A program made the translations under genes and the position numbers. The notes beneath the pieces are model-generated. The model worked only from the letters and a program-made list of their open reading frames with translations, was not told the DNA's origin and made no database searches. Shown here in pieces: positions 38,939-51,249 of a DNA stretch of 64,000 nt; within the stretch, counting starts at the first letter, position 1, and every line of letters begins with the position of its first letter. Origin of the DNA: Takakia lepidozioides (taxonomy: Eukaryota > Plantae > Bryophyta); assembly GCA_030704615.1 (NCBI GenBank), contig CM060731.1, positions 30,256,001 to 30,320,000 of the forward strand, read 5' to 3'.

Positions 38939-41870
38939 TTAGGTGTTTGCTGAAACAGCATGGTAGAGTTCATATTGTTGTTCCCAAAAAGAGGTTGACG
39001 GCAGGCCTCCGCAAAATTCAGGGGAGGCCTTTGGGTGAGAGAGCACCTGACGGACTGCCAAGCCGCCCAAATTGATTGCCATGGGCGGGATCCCAGGTGT
39101 ACATTTGCATTGCCTTGCACGATCCAACGCAAGGATTGCGCCCATAAAGTGGATGATGTGGGGCTGTGGCGATGAGCTATAGCTCTCGGGATCCATTTGG
39201 CCAACAGTGCCTTAATTTGCGTTGTGGGTCTAAAATCCCGAGACCTCCCTTACATTTTGAGTGATAGAGCTGCTCCCAAGAGATGTCCAAGTGCTCGTTT
39301 GATAGGAGTTTGCGTTGTTGCGCCCCAAATGAAGTTTCGGATTAGAGCCTTAACCTCCTTCACCATTGTTGTACCTGGGTCCCAAACAGCTGCTGAAAAC
39401 CAACAGGAGCCAAGTAGCACTTGGTTGGCCACCAGTGCTCTACCAATGGATAACATTGACGAACTCCAATGGGCCAGAGATCTTTTTAACCTTATAAGCA
39501 CAACCTGCATTATGCTCTACTGAGACAAGTCAAGTCCAATTTGATGGCCTAGGAGTGTGTGTGACTGACCATCTTGAAGCCATTCAAGCCTAGGTCTTAC
39601 CCCCAAGGATTGCAATGTGAAGAGGATTCTTGATTTTGTAACTGCGAGAGAATACCCATAGATTTCCCCTAGTTGATCCTTAGACCAGATCCTAGGTAGA
39701 ATATTTGTAGGGCCTGCATAGCTGTATCAATGTTGGCTTGGGTTGAGTTGTCCAACAACAAGGATGTCGGCGTACATAGATAGTTTGACCATCTCCGGCA
39801 AAAATGTAGGGAGATGGAGGCCCACAATGTCATGTCTTGCTTCAAAGAGATGCCCAAGAGAGTCGGCTGCAATCAGAAAAAGAAAAGGTGCCAGGGGGCA
39901 CCCTTGCCTGACCGACCTAGAGATTGGAAAGGCATTGGATATGACACCATTTACCATTACCTTACTGGAAGCCGACTGCAGCAAAATCTTAATCCAAGAC
40001 AAGAAATGACTATCAGACCTGTCTTTTCCAGAGCAGCTAGGAGGAAGGTCCAATCTATAGAGTCGAAGGCCTTTTCAAAATCAAGCATCAAGAAAGCCAA
40101 AGGCTGATTGTTGATAGAAGCTCTATGAAGTGCTTCATGAGCCAATAAAATGTTGTCCAGAATCATGCGGTCTTTTAGGAAACCAGTCTGCTCCTTTTTT
40201 ATTATCCTAGGCAACAGAGGCTGGATCCTTAAAGCCAGAGCCTTGGCAATGATCTTGTACGTTGAATTTAGCAATGTAATGGATCTATAGTTAGCCACAT
40301 TATCTCTCTCACCCTTCTTGTAAATGAGAGTGATGAGACCTTTAGAGATTTGAGAGGGCATTATCTGTTTCTGCAGGATGTCATTAGCCATACTAAGAAA
40401 GTCTTCTCCTAGAGTTGACCATAGAGCCTTAAACAATTCTATTGGGAGGCCATCAGGGCCTGGACTTTTGAGGGAGGCCAAGGCATGCACCACCTTACCC
40501 AACTCATCTACAGTAAAAGGTTCATCCATCTTGGCTTTATCCATTGCAGAAAGGGAGCAGGGAATGATGCTCAGTAAAGTGTTCCTTGCCTCCACCATCA
40601 TTGGTGTATGGTCTCTTTTCTCAAAAAGCTGCTTGAATGAAAAAGCTGCTAGAGTGATCACGAAGAGAAGGAATTAGAGTAGAAGCCCGACGCTGGGCAG
40701 CCTTAGCAAAAAAATACTTAGACATTTTTCCCCCCTTAAGCGACCAGTTGATCCTAGCTTTGATTCTCATGAAGTGCTCTCCGGAGTGGACAAGCAGTGA
40801 TAGGTTTTTCTTAGCCGTGTTATAAGATGTCCATGTCTGAGCATCGTCTCTTCCGCTTTGAAGTTGAAACTGACAGACATGAAGGCACTTTGTGAGGACT
40901 TTCTCTTTTCTAGAGGTTTCTTCTGCCTTTTTCTTGGACAGTTCCAAACATACTTTTATGAGGTTGTGAAGTTTGGACAGAAAAAGAAGAGTGGGGGAGG
41001 AGTGAGAGGAGGGGACGTCAGTAGAGGACCAAACCCTTTGGAGATGAAGAATGACCTCTTGGTCCAAGAGTAGGGTCGGGTTTAATTTGAAGAAACCCCT
41101 TCCCTTGACCCTTGACCCTTGACCCAGGGGTGTGGAGAGATAGTTGGATTGTGGCATGATCAAAGCCAGGGGCTATTAGAACAATAGGGGATCTTATAGA
41201 CCAGTTGAGCAAGTGGGCTGAGCAGTAAAACCTGTCTAACCGAGCGAGTGAGAGGTTTGGTGGCTGTCTATTGTTTGACCAGGTAAATTGCAGCTCATTA
41301 GTTGCTGGTGGGGAGGCATCCAAGAGACCCATTGCCAAACAGAGTGAGTCCCAGGAGTCTTTTTCAGCGACCGAGAGACCATGGACGTTGGAGCCAAAAC
41401 GGTCATTATCAAACTCAACCATATTGAAATCACTGCCTACCAACCAGTGTTGAATGTGTACATGCTGCAGAATTTTCACCCTCATATTGGACCAGAGATC
41501 TACCCACTCTTCTTCATTGTTTGGGGCATAGACATTGAGAACCCCTATATTCCCAATGGCCGGGCCAAGGTTCATTATAACAAGCTGTACATGACCCTAG
41601 ACCCAAATCTCATTTGACAGAATGTTAGGGCCCAAAGAGGGGGAGACCAAAATTGCAGTTCCCCCTCTGGAATCGGCAACCGTAGGGTTCCAAAAGGCAG
41701 ATGAAGAGGGCCAAATAGAAGCACCCAAAGAAGCAATTTTAGCTAAATCTAGCTTATGCTCTTGGAGGAAAATAAGAGAAGAATGGTTAATAAGATTTGA
41801 GGTCCAGTGTCTGATTCTTGCCCTTTTCGGGGCAGAGTGATCATAGCCTATTCCTCGGATGTTCTAGCTA
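38939..41870 (-). pseudogene. LINE ORF2 (AP endonuclease and reverse transcriptase)
   Basis: NVYAPN, DFNMVE, ARLDRFY, KSPGPDGLP, NYRSITLLNSTYKIIAK, EQTGF, LDFEKAFD, RQGCPLAPFLF, YADI. Confidence 0.92.
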
Positions 41871-43169
41871 AATAGGGTGAAGTTCATGGAACTGGTGTGA
41901 ATAGGCCTGCGGTTTCACCACGATTAGATGGCCAAGAGGGAGTGAAGCGAAATTTCGTCCGTTTGTCCGTGGGCTTTAATGTGTGAATCCACCTAAACCC
42001 AACTTGGGGGGGTAGGGCAACAGAAAGATTCCAAACTAAGAACTGCCTAGACCTTTTCCTCTTGTTAGTACAATCCCATTCCATAAATTGGTTCCTGGTA
42101 TCTGTCAGTACAGATAGGTCCTTCAATGACAGCTAGTCCAGCCTCCCAGGCCAGTTTGGAAGAAAAAAACAAACAGCTTCCTTTGAATGTAGAGGGATGT
42201 CAGCATCATACCAGCCAGGTAGCATTTTGTGATCTCCAAAAGTGTGTTGAAGCATCAAAATCCAGCCCCTTTTATGTTGGATGCATCAGGCACAATTAAC
42301 AAGAGAGGAGAGTAAGCATGAGATGTTATGCTTACCGGAGGAGGAGAATCCACCGTCTCCTCTGGCTGCAGCAGCTCAGTGATTTTTGGCGCCACATTGG
42401 AAGACAACAACATGTTAACCTCTTTGTAAAGCCGCCATCTCCTTGATGTTGTTAGGCTTCAATTCCTAATTGTTCTTGTTTTCCTTGTATGCCAGGCCCT
42501 TGCGCTTCTGCGAATTCTGCCACCATTTGTTGCCCTTCCTCCAGGATGAGGGAGTTGCGGGCCCAAGAAGCAGGGTTGTTTACCCTGCAGGACAAACCAA
42601 ATCCGCTACCCACAGCCCCTTGTTCGGTTTGTGCACATCTTGGAGGTCGCTGGAGCGGAAAATGGGGAGTACATGAATGACTGCCAGATTTACAAGGGCG
42701 TCATTGTTTTCCACCATGATGCCTATGTGCTACAGATGAGATAGAGAGAGGGAAATGTGAGGAAAGAACTCCCTGAGAATCTGATTTGTCAAGAGAAGAA
42801 TGATATCCTTCTCTCTTCCAACACCGAAATTCTTGGACATGGATTCCTCAACCCAGGCCAAGCGGAATCCTTCTCCATCATCTTGGATGCAAACATTTGT
42901 GTACTCTTTAGAGAACGTGCAGACAAGAGGAGTAACACAGATTGCAGCTCTGTCACGAGCATATGCAGATCCAGGGACCCAGCCGGTTAGCGGCCTTCTT
43001 GAGAAGGAATGCAACTCGAGAAAGGAGATGGCGAGACTAGCACTGCCCAATAACTGCAGTTCTTCTTCCGAGAAAGGAAATGAAGCCCAAGCATCTTTGA
43101 CTCTGACAGGGTTAGAGTCGTATGGGCGGTTGGGATGAATCCATTTGGCCAAGCCCCCACTTGATTTTT

Positions 43170-44250
43170 TTATTTTTTTATAGCAGTCTGTCCCCCTTGA
43201 ATAATCCCCACGTTAGCTCCCCCTGAAGCCTGTGCAGCGTCGCTCGGTATCCCATTTTTAAAAGATGATTCTGTCTTGTCAAAATGTGGGAGATTACCGT
43301 TGGTCGCGTCCAAGATAGAGTTCTTGCTCAGTTTTGGACAGCAGGAGCGAACGTGACCCTCACCATCACACTGGAAGCATATTGTGGAGATGAGCTCATC
43401 CCTGATTGCAACGACAATGAATGAGTCGTCCAATGTGGGGAGTTTGATGGAGGTACCTATTGGCTTAGACTCTGGCATTAGCACTACAGTTTTGGAACTC
43501 CGTTATCCCTGTTGAAATCGAAGTGCACAGTTTCCGTATCAACGCTTCTTGCACTGGTATCCTGAATTGGCTCAAAAACGTTCAGGGAACCGATGAACGT
43601 GCCGAAGCTTGCACCAATTTCTGGGAGAGAAGTTAAGTATGTCGCAGGTAGAAAGGGAATTGCGATGACCTTTGATTTCCACATTACTCCTTGCTTGTGG
43701 CCCCAGTCATGGGTCCAAGGAAAAAGGAAAACCTTTGCAGCAGACGTCTGGGTATTGAACTGTAGCGCCATTTTTGCTTCCACTGGAGAACAAAAAAGAA
43801 CCAGGTAGAAACCTCTGCCCATAGGCAAGCAAAAATGATGAGCAAGTCCTCCTTCAGAGCCAAGGTGCCCGACTATCCATCCGCGAACCCATTTCCTAAA
43901 CCTGAGTTTGCCTGGAAAATAGAGTAGAATCCCCTTTGAGAGAGTTTTTGCACCTGGGATTTAAGCTTCTCCTTATCCAGGGCCAGCACAGGCTGTCCGG
44001 CGACCTCCTGGGGGATGGAGTCTTCCCACATTCCTTCGTCTGAGAACGGGGATTGCATATCGAGCGATGGGCCTGGACCTTTGCCCAAGATGGAGTCTCC
44101 CAATCCATTGGAGATGGAGATGTTTTTGATAATACACTTTGATTTCCCTCCATGGACAACTAGCGCGGAGTGAGAGCGTTGGGCTGCTCCCGAGTGTTGC
44201 ACAGAGCCGCCTCTGTTTCCTCTTTTGCTCGTTGTTCCTCGGGCATTCAT
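43170..44250 (-). pseudogene. LINE ORF1 (DUF4283-like plus zinc knuckle)
   Basis: MGRGFYLVLF; CFQCDGEGHVRSCCP; lies upstream of ORF2. Confidence 0.75.
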
Positions 44251-44804
44251 GGCTGTAACTTAGATAAAAGAGGCACCACTGTCAAAGCTTGTATCTAGCA
44301 GCACCAGCACTCTATCACATACAAGTCCCACCAATTCTTAGCAAGCGATGTCACGCACCAGACAAGAAGAGAGGGAGCACTATAGAAATGTGTCAATGAA
44401 GGAGTTCGGCTAGAAAGGCCTGGGAGCACCAGGTCACACCCAGCTTATAGGAGGTTTGCTATTTCATGAGCATGAGCAGAGTAGTAAGACAATCGGTTTT
44501 CATGAGCAGAAGTACAAATTTCGAAAATAAAAAACAATAAAAAACAATAATTTAATGCAATGTGTCAGGAAAAACATATATATTATTCGGCCCCTTGAAG
44601 GGAAAATTGTAGTTTTGACAGTTGTGCTCATGATATTTCGTCTTCCGCTCATGCCAATTCCCAGCGACATGTGCAAATATGGCGCCGAATTTCGCGGTAA
44701 TAGGGTTCGTAACCTGAAAAAACGGCGACGTATTTCGCGGTAATAGGTCTCTCTGGCGAAAAATGGTGCCGAATTCCGCGGCTATAGGTCCCCTCATGAC
44801 AGGT

Positions 44805-45110
44805 AATTCGGCGCCATTTTTCCAGTGCATGTTCGGACTTAGCCAGTTTTCGGCGCAAAATAGGGAAATTCGGCGCCATTTTTCCAGACTTTGTACCAGT
44901 GCATGTTGGGACTTAGCCAGTTTTCGGCCCAAAAGAGAAATTTGGCGCCATTTTTCCAGACACGGTACCAGTGCATGTTGGGACTTAGCCAGTTTTCGGC
45001 CCAAAAAAGAGAAATTTGGCGCCATTTTCCCAGACATAGGTACCAGTGCATGTTGGGACTTAGCCAGTTTTCGGCCCCAAAAAGAGAAATTCGGCGCCAT
45101 TTTTCCAGAA
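44805..45110. repeat. Subterminal tandem repeat (about 70-bp units, CCAGTGCATGTTGGGACTTAGCCAGTTTTCGGC...GAAATTCGGCGCCATTTTTCC)
   Basis: Four visible units. Confidence 0.9.
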
Positions 45111-45263
45111 ATGGCCCCACAACTGCTTCTGTTGGATCTCAGTTTGAATGGAATATTGCCTCATTCCAGGAGTTTTGGGGTGCATTTCATTACACTGCAA
45201 AAAAAAGTCTGATATAGCAAAATGCAATTGAAAATATCCATATGGAGGATTCCCTTTGCCCCA

Positions 45264-47876
45264 TCAATGATTTCTGGAATCCCTAAGGAGGAGTTTGTGC
45301 AGCTCGTTCACGCTCAACGCCGGTGCATGAATAAAGTCATCAATAGTCACGTTCATCCTCAACCTCTTCACGTAAATGTAATACAGATGCTTGCACGGAT
45401 AATACTTGGAACCCTTCTTTGCTTCCATCAACGAGAAGTCCGTACAATTGCAAGTCGGCTCCACTCCAATCGTAATTGTGTATACATCGTCGCGTACAGC
45501 CGAGCCGGCCGTTGCCATCCGATACACACGCCCAAGGCCGGGTGGGCGTACGTCCACGGAGCTCTGAATAGTGCAAGCCATCCCAAGAGCATTGGCAATC
45601 CGAGTCTCATTCAACTTGTTGGGAGGGTGTCGTCTCTTCACTCTTCCGAATCGCATTGTGGGATGTGCAGAATTGTCCAATCTATCTCTACTGGACCGAG
45701 CAGTCTGCAATGGCTGGGTCTGAGGAACCGGAAATGCGTGGGCCGGGATGTCTGTGCGTTGCACCATTCGAAATCCTGCTGCAGATAGAGCATCCGCCTC
45801 ATTCTGAGAGAGGCTGCAACCCGGTGCAACAGGCCAGACGCCCGGAGGCTCCGGCATTCCCTGAATCCCGTATTTGGGCTTGCCAAATACACAGATCATT
45901 ATATCGTGCCTACAGAACCAAAATGTCTGCGTTGTGGCGTGAGCAAATGTGGGAGTAAAAAATCTGCCGATGAAACAAGGTGCAGGTACACAGCACCGTG
46001 TGGGTTCCTCCGAATCATCTCACCACAACATGCTCTCGTATCCACCCGGATGGCGCAACACTTCCCTCGAAATGCCGGCAATGTCCTCGCAATTCTCCAC
46101 TGTGACTCCGACACTCTTGTCTCCACAATGGGAATGTTGTACTGCTTTACTACAGATGGCTCGTTATGTTGTCGGGGCACGCGCCCTGTGCTCAAAGGAG
46201 ATGACGATCTTGAACGTGCAGGACTTGCGGTGCTCGACGAGACCTCCTCGGGCAACATCACCGGACCACGAGGGAGCGTGCGAATATTCTTGTCAGCTCG
46301 CCATGAATCCTCTTCTCCGCCAGGTGCCTCGTCAAGTCTTCGTCTCACTGGACGGGTATGAACATCTCCTTCCAGATGTTGGCCTCTTCGCAGCAATGGC
46401 GTGTCCCGAAGGCCCTCTCGCAAGGCCGCCGCCCACTTCCGAGGATTCTTCGATCTAGAGGCAGTCCGCATCAGCATTTCTTGCCTGTCCGGCCCCAAGC
46501 CCCACTGTTTCCCTTTCAAGAACTCGTTGTACCTGCATTGCTGCATAATTGACCTCACAATGTCCTCCGTTGTGGCAGTGAGGATGTCCACCAGATGCGC
46601 TGCAGAGGAGGCACGCCAGGAAGAGTGCACTGATTCGGCCATGTTTGTCGTGGGCATGTCGGTGTCGGAGTCGAGACACATTTCCTGCACAAGCACATGT
46701 TCAGGTTACAAGCAAGTTACAAATATGGCCAAGAATAATATTCAACGGGACGCGAATTCGTGCAACTCACCTCCCGCATATAGTCGCCGAACTGGAGGAA
46801 ACGATAATGCCACCATGCTAGCCAACTGACCATTGCTCCCTCGTCCGATTTCCTAACAGCACCTGACGATGTCCACCAAGCCCGTATGCATGCAAACTGT
46901 GTCTCTGCATCATCCAAGGTGGGAGCGCGCTTCCATGCAAGGCACATGGAACGGTGCTCCTCTCTGAAATCTGGCGCCACAAGCCTGGTTGTGTACTGCG
47001 AAAGGCTCTGCAGAAAATGGAACCCACAAGATCTCTCCTTGCCTTCCATGGGAACATTGGGGTCTTGCCCGTACATCCTTCGGATGGCAGCCCGATTTGC
47101 TTGTGCGTTGTCCGCCATGAAACCACGGAAATTGGGAGGGGGCAATCCTGCCTTGGCCATCTGTTCGTTTATTCCCTGCCAAAGAAGCATCTCCGATTGT
47201 GTGTCCTCTCCTTTCATCTCACAAATAGCAATTGTCATTAGCATCCTGCAGTGGGTGTCGTAGACATGTGCACCCATTGTCACCCACTGGTGATTTGTAA
47301 TTCGCTTGATATGGTCGAACATGACCCAACTGTTTGACAAGTTCCCACTCGTCATCCTATCGACCAGTTCGACGCCGCTGCCAGGTCCACACGTGGACAT
47401 TTTGAATACGAAACAACGATCTGCCTCAGTCCCTTGTCCTGGAAACCTACTTCCATGAATGTAGTCATATCCACATCGTCGCTTCACCTCCAGAATGGAG
47501 TGCATATCCGAGCCACGCCCAATTTTCTGTTTGCATGAGACAATGTGGTTTCGGACATTCGGTGAACATACGTGGGACACCGACTCCAGCAATGCCTCCA
47601 TTTCCTTCTCGTCGAGAGGAACTCTATCGGAGCCGTCTTCCGACATAATTCTGGCCAATGCCATCTTATGGGCGGCTTGGAGCTGTATCTGTTTGGGTTT
47701 GGCACCCGGTCTCAACTTAACCTCCTCCTGAACGAGCTGCTCTGCTTCGTGGGCAGCCTCCCGCGAGTTCCCCCTCGCCAATTTGTGACAATGGGAACCA
47801 ATGTGTATGCAAGCTCGGGTGAGGTCAGGGAAACGGTGCAACACATAGAACTGCTTGGCATTACAAACAGACATGC
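45264..47876 (-). pseudogene. MULE DDE transposase with C-terminal SWIM zinc finger; 5'-deleted; intron at 46685-46770
   Basis: WVMFDH (D1), FMADNAQAN (D2), CGFH (CxxH), TTNMAESVH (E), CNCTDF...PCKHLYYIY (SWIM). GT-AG phase-0 intron. Confidence 0.88.
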
Positions 47877-47879
47877 CCC

Positions 47880-50430
47880 AAATGGAAATTCGGCACCCAA
47901 TATCCAACAGGGGAAGCCCGGATGAAGTTGCCTCGGGCGCAGAGGCCGGCGCGTAAGCGACAGAGAACATCCCCTGGATGGAGATTCGGCGCCGAATTCC
48001 CATCCGGGCCCCCCAAAGGAAGTCGTGTCGGGGGGTCAGGCCGAAAACTGGCCGGCATATAAACATCCCCAGATGGAAAAATGGCGCCGAATTTCCATCC
48101 GGGGCGGTTCGGATGCACTCGGGGAGGGGGGAGAGGCCGGCACTTGGCCGTCACATTTCAACCCCCGGACGGAAATTCGGCACCGAATATCGAACAGGGG
48201 ACGCCCGGATGAAGTCGCCTCGGGCGTAGAGGTCGGCATGTGTTCGACAGAGAGCATACCCTGGATGGAGATTCGGCGCCGAATTTCCATCCGGGCCCTC
48301 CCAAAGGAAGTCGTGTCGGGGGGTCAGGCCGAAAACTGGCCGGCATAAAAACATCCCCAGATGGAAAAACGGCGCCGAATTTCCATCCGGGGCGGTTCGG
48401 ATGCACTCAGGGAGGGGGGAGAGGCCAACACTTGGCCGTCACATTTCAACCCCCGGACGGAAATTCGGCACCGAATATCGAACAGGGGACGCCCGGATGA
48501 AGTCGCCTCGGGCGTAGAGGTCGGCACGTGTTCGACAGAGAGCATCCCCTGGATGGAGATTTGGCGCCGAATTTCCATCCGGGCCCTCCCAAAGGAAGTC
48601 GTGTCGGGGGGTCAGACCGAAAACTGGCCGACATAAAAACCTCCCCAGATGGGAAAACTGCGCCGAATTTCAATCCGGGGCCGTTCCAATGCAGTCGGGG
48701 AGGGGGGAGAGGTCGGCACCTGGCCGTCATATTTCAACCCCCGGACGGAAATTCGGCACCGAATATCCAACAGAGCGGCGGAGAGGCCGGCACCTCTCCG
48801 ACAGAGACCATCCTCCGGATGAAAATTCGGCGCCGAATTTCTATCCAGCAGGTAAGTGCAATCCCGGATGGATGGAAATCCGGCGCCGAATTTCCATCCA
48901 GCACGTAAGTGGAACCCCGGATGGATGGAAATCCGGCGCCGCATTTCCATCCTGCAGGTAATTCGAATCCCCGATGGATGGAAATCCGGCTCTGAATTTC
49001 CATCCTGCAGGTAATTCCAATCACGGATGGATGGAAATTCGGCGCCGAATTTCCATCCTGCAGGTAATTCGAATCCCGGATGGATGGAAATCCGGCAACG
49101 AATTTCCATCCAGCAGGTAAGTGGAATCCCGGATGGCTGGAAATCCGGCGCCGAATTTCCATCCTGCAGGTAATTCGAAACCCCGATGGATGGAAATCCG
49201 GTGCCGAATTTCCATCCAGCAGGTAAGTGGAATCCCGGATGGATGGAAATTTGGCGCCGAATTTCCATCCTGCAGGTAATTCGAAACCCGATGGATGGAA
49301 ATCCGGTGCCGAATTTCCATCCAGCCGGTAAGTCGGATCGCTGGCGTATGGATATTCGGCGCCGAATTTCCATTCACCAGGTATTTCATCGCTCAGAATT
49401 ACCTTCCTGCAGGTAATTCTGATCTGAGAATTACCTTCCTGCAGGTAATTCCGATCGATGAAGGCTGGAAGGTAATTCCTCGCTCGGAATTACCTGCACG
49501 AAGGTAATCCATCGATCAGAATTACCTGCAGGAAGGTAATTCTTAGATCAGAATTACCTGCAGAAAGGTAATTCTGAGCGATGAAATACCTGGTGAATGG
49601 AAATTCAGCGCCGAATATCCATACGCCAGCGATCCGACTTACCTGCTGGATGAAATTCGGCGCCGGATTTCCATCCATCCGGGATTCCACTTACCTGCTG
49701 GATGGTAATTCGGCGCCGAATTTCCATCCATCCGGGATTCGAATTACCTGCAGGATGGAAATTCGGCGCCGAATTTCCATCCATCCGGGATTCGAATTAC
49801 CTGCAGGATGGAAATTCGGCGCCGGATTTCCATCCATCCGGGATTCCACTTACCTGCTGGATGGAAATTCAGCGCCGAATTTCCATCCATCCCGGATTCC
49901 ACTTACCTGCTGGATGGTAATTTGGCGCCGAATTTCCATCCATCCGGGATTCGAATTACCTGCAGGATGGAAATTCGGCGCCGGATTTCCATCCATCTGG
50001 GATTTCACTTACCTGCTGGATGGAAATTCGGCGCTGGATCTCCATCCATCCGCTCTCCGCCCAACCTTGCGGATGGAAATCCGGCGCCGGATTTGCATCC
50101 ATCCGCCTGCGAATTACCTGCGTGAGGGAAATTTGACGCGCCGCCATACCTGCGCGGATGGAAATCCGGCGCCGGATTTGCATCCATCCGCTTCTGAATT
50201 ACCTGCGTGAGGGGAATTTGGCGCGCCGCCCTACCTGCCCGGATGGAAATCCGGCCCCGGATTTCCATCCATCCGCTTCTGAATTACCTGCGTGAGGGAA
50301 ATTTGGCGCGCTGCCCTACCTTGCAGGATGCAAATTCGGCGCTGAATTTCCATCCCGCTGCGCTCCGAATTACCAGCAGGATGGAAATCTGGCGCCGGAA
50401 TTCCATCGTGCAGCGCTCCGAATTACCTCT
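47880..50430. repeat. Central palindrome arrays: about 288-bp units (47880-48830) and about 47-bp units arranged as a large inverted repeat centred near 49485
   Basis: Directly visible; arms about 48830-49460 and 49510-50040. Confidence 0.92.
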
Positions 50431-51249
50431 ATGTTGGAAATTCCGGGCCTCTTTACGTCGATTTTCATCCGACATAGAGGGCTTCATCCGACATTTAATT
50501 GCGCAGTTGGGCAATAAATGTCACCGCCGTCAGTTTTCATTCGGGTCCTGGCGACACATGGCTTCCTGGATACGTACCCTAAATCTCATGCTAATCTTGG
50601 CTTAACATGCTATTCGAGGGATGTACCCCAAAAACGGAGATCTTTTTCCATTTTGACTGGGACTTATGCCGCCTGAAGGGCGTGGCTCTCCTGAGAGAGA
50701 CCTCACATCCAGACCGCGGCGGAAGTTGAAAGCTCTGTACTACGGACGACGGCCAATCTCTCGCATGGCCAAACTGAAGCTCCAGCAGGAGATTCCAGTG
50801 TCTTGCTCATAACCCGCGCCAACTGAAGCCGAGTACTCTCAGGCAAACCACTTCTGCTTTCGGTTTTGTTCGATTTCTTTTTTGCTTTCGCTCTGTTACC
50901 TCGCTTTGTTTTTGCCTCTTCATCCTGGCTTCGCTGGATGAGTGAACTTTAGATAGTTGAGTGAACCTTAGATTGTTTGCAATGCGTGTGCAAATCCGGC
51001 AGCTCTGAGAAGGCTGCTTGTGCATGTCATTCTCAGGCAATGGTTGCCATTTGTTTTCATTGTTGTTGCATGGCTCTCCATACTTCCTAAACTTGTTATG
51101 TTTTCATTTTTGCTACACGATTGTTGCTATGGTGGTTGCGCTGCTCGTTGCGATGCTGGTTTTTGCACCGATGTTGGTTTTCACGATTTTTTGTCAATGA
51201 CAGAGTGACGACGAGCCGGCACGCTGGTGGTATCATCGACAGCTCCAAC

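Larger units (their letters stand above)
281..44450 (-). mobile_element. Degenerate L1/Tx1-type LINE, split by three nested insertions (segments about 281-736, 6297-6682, 26431-27246, 38936-44450); 5' part may continue at 57375-~58150 beyond MULE-2
   Basis: On the minus strand the domains are collinear across the insertions: ORF1 (DUF4283-like plus CCHC), AP endonuclease, RT, zf-RVT-like CNQCLAQPESIEHCLEEWFLLARVWQA, WASLRALTMWNLWK, then a T-rich (poly-A) tail at about 281-318. The chromovirus and CACTA insertions have perfect TSDs; MULE-1 has a degenerate one. Confidence 0.8.

Noticed and set aside
48830-50430. CRISPR-like array (palindromic repeat of about 30 bp with short spacers)
   Set aside because: The spacers are two or three recurring sequences rather than unique ones, there are no cas genes, the context is eukaryotic with introns, and the array lies inside a MULE.
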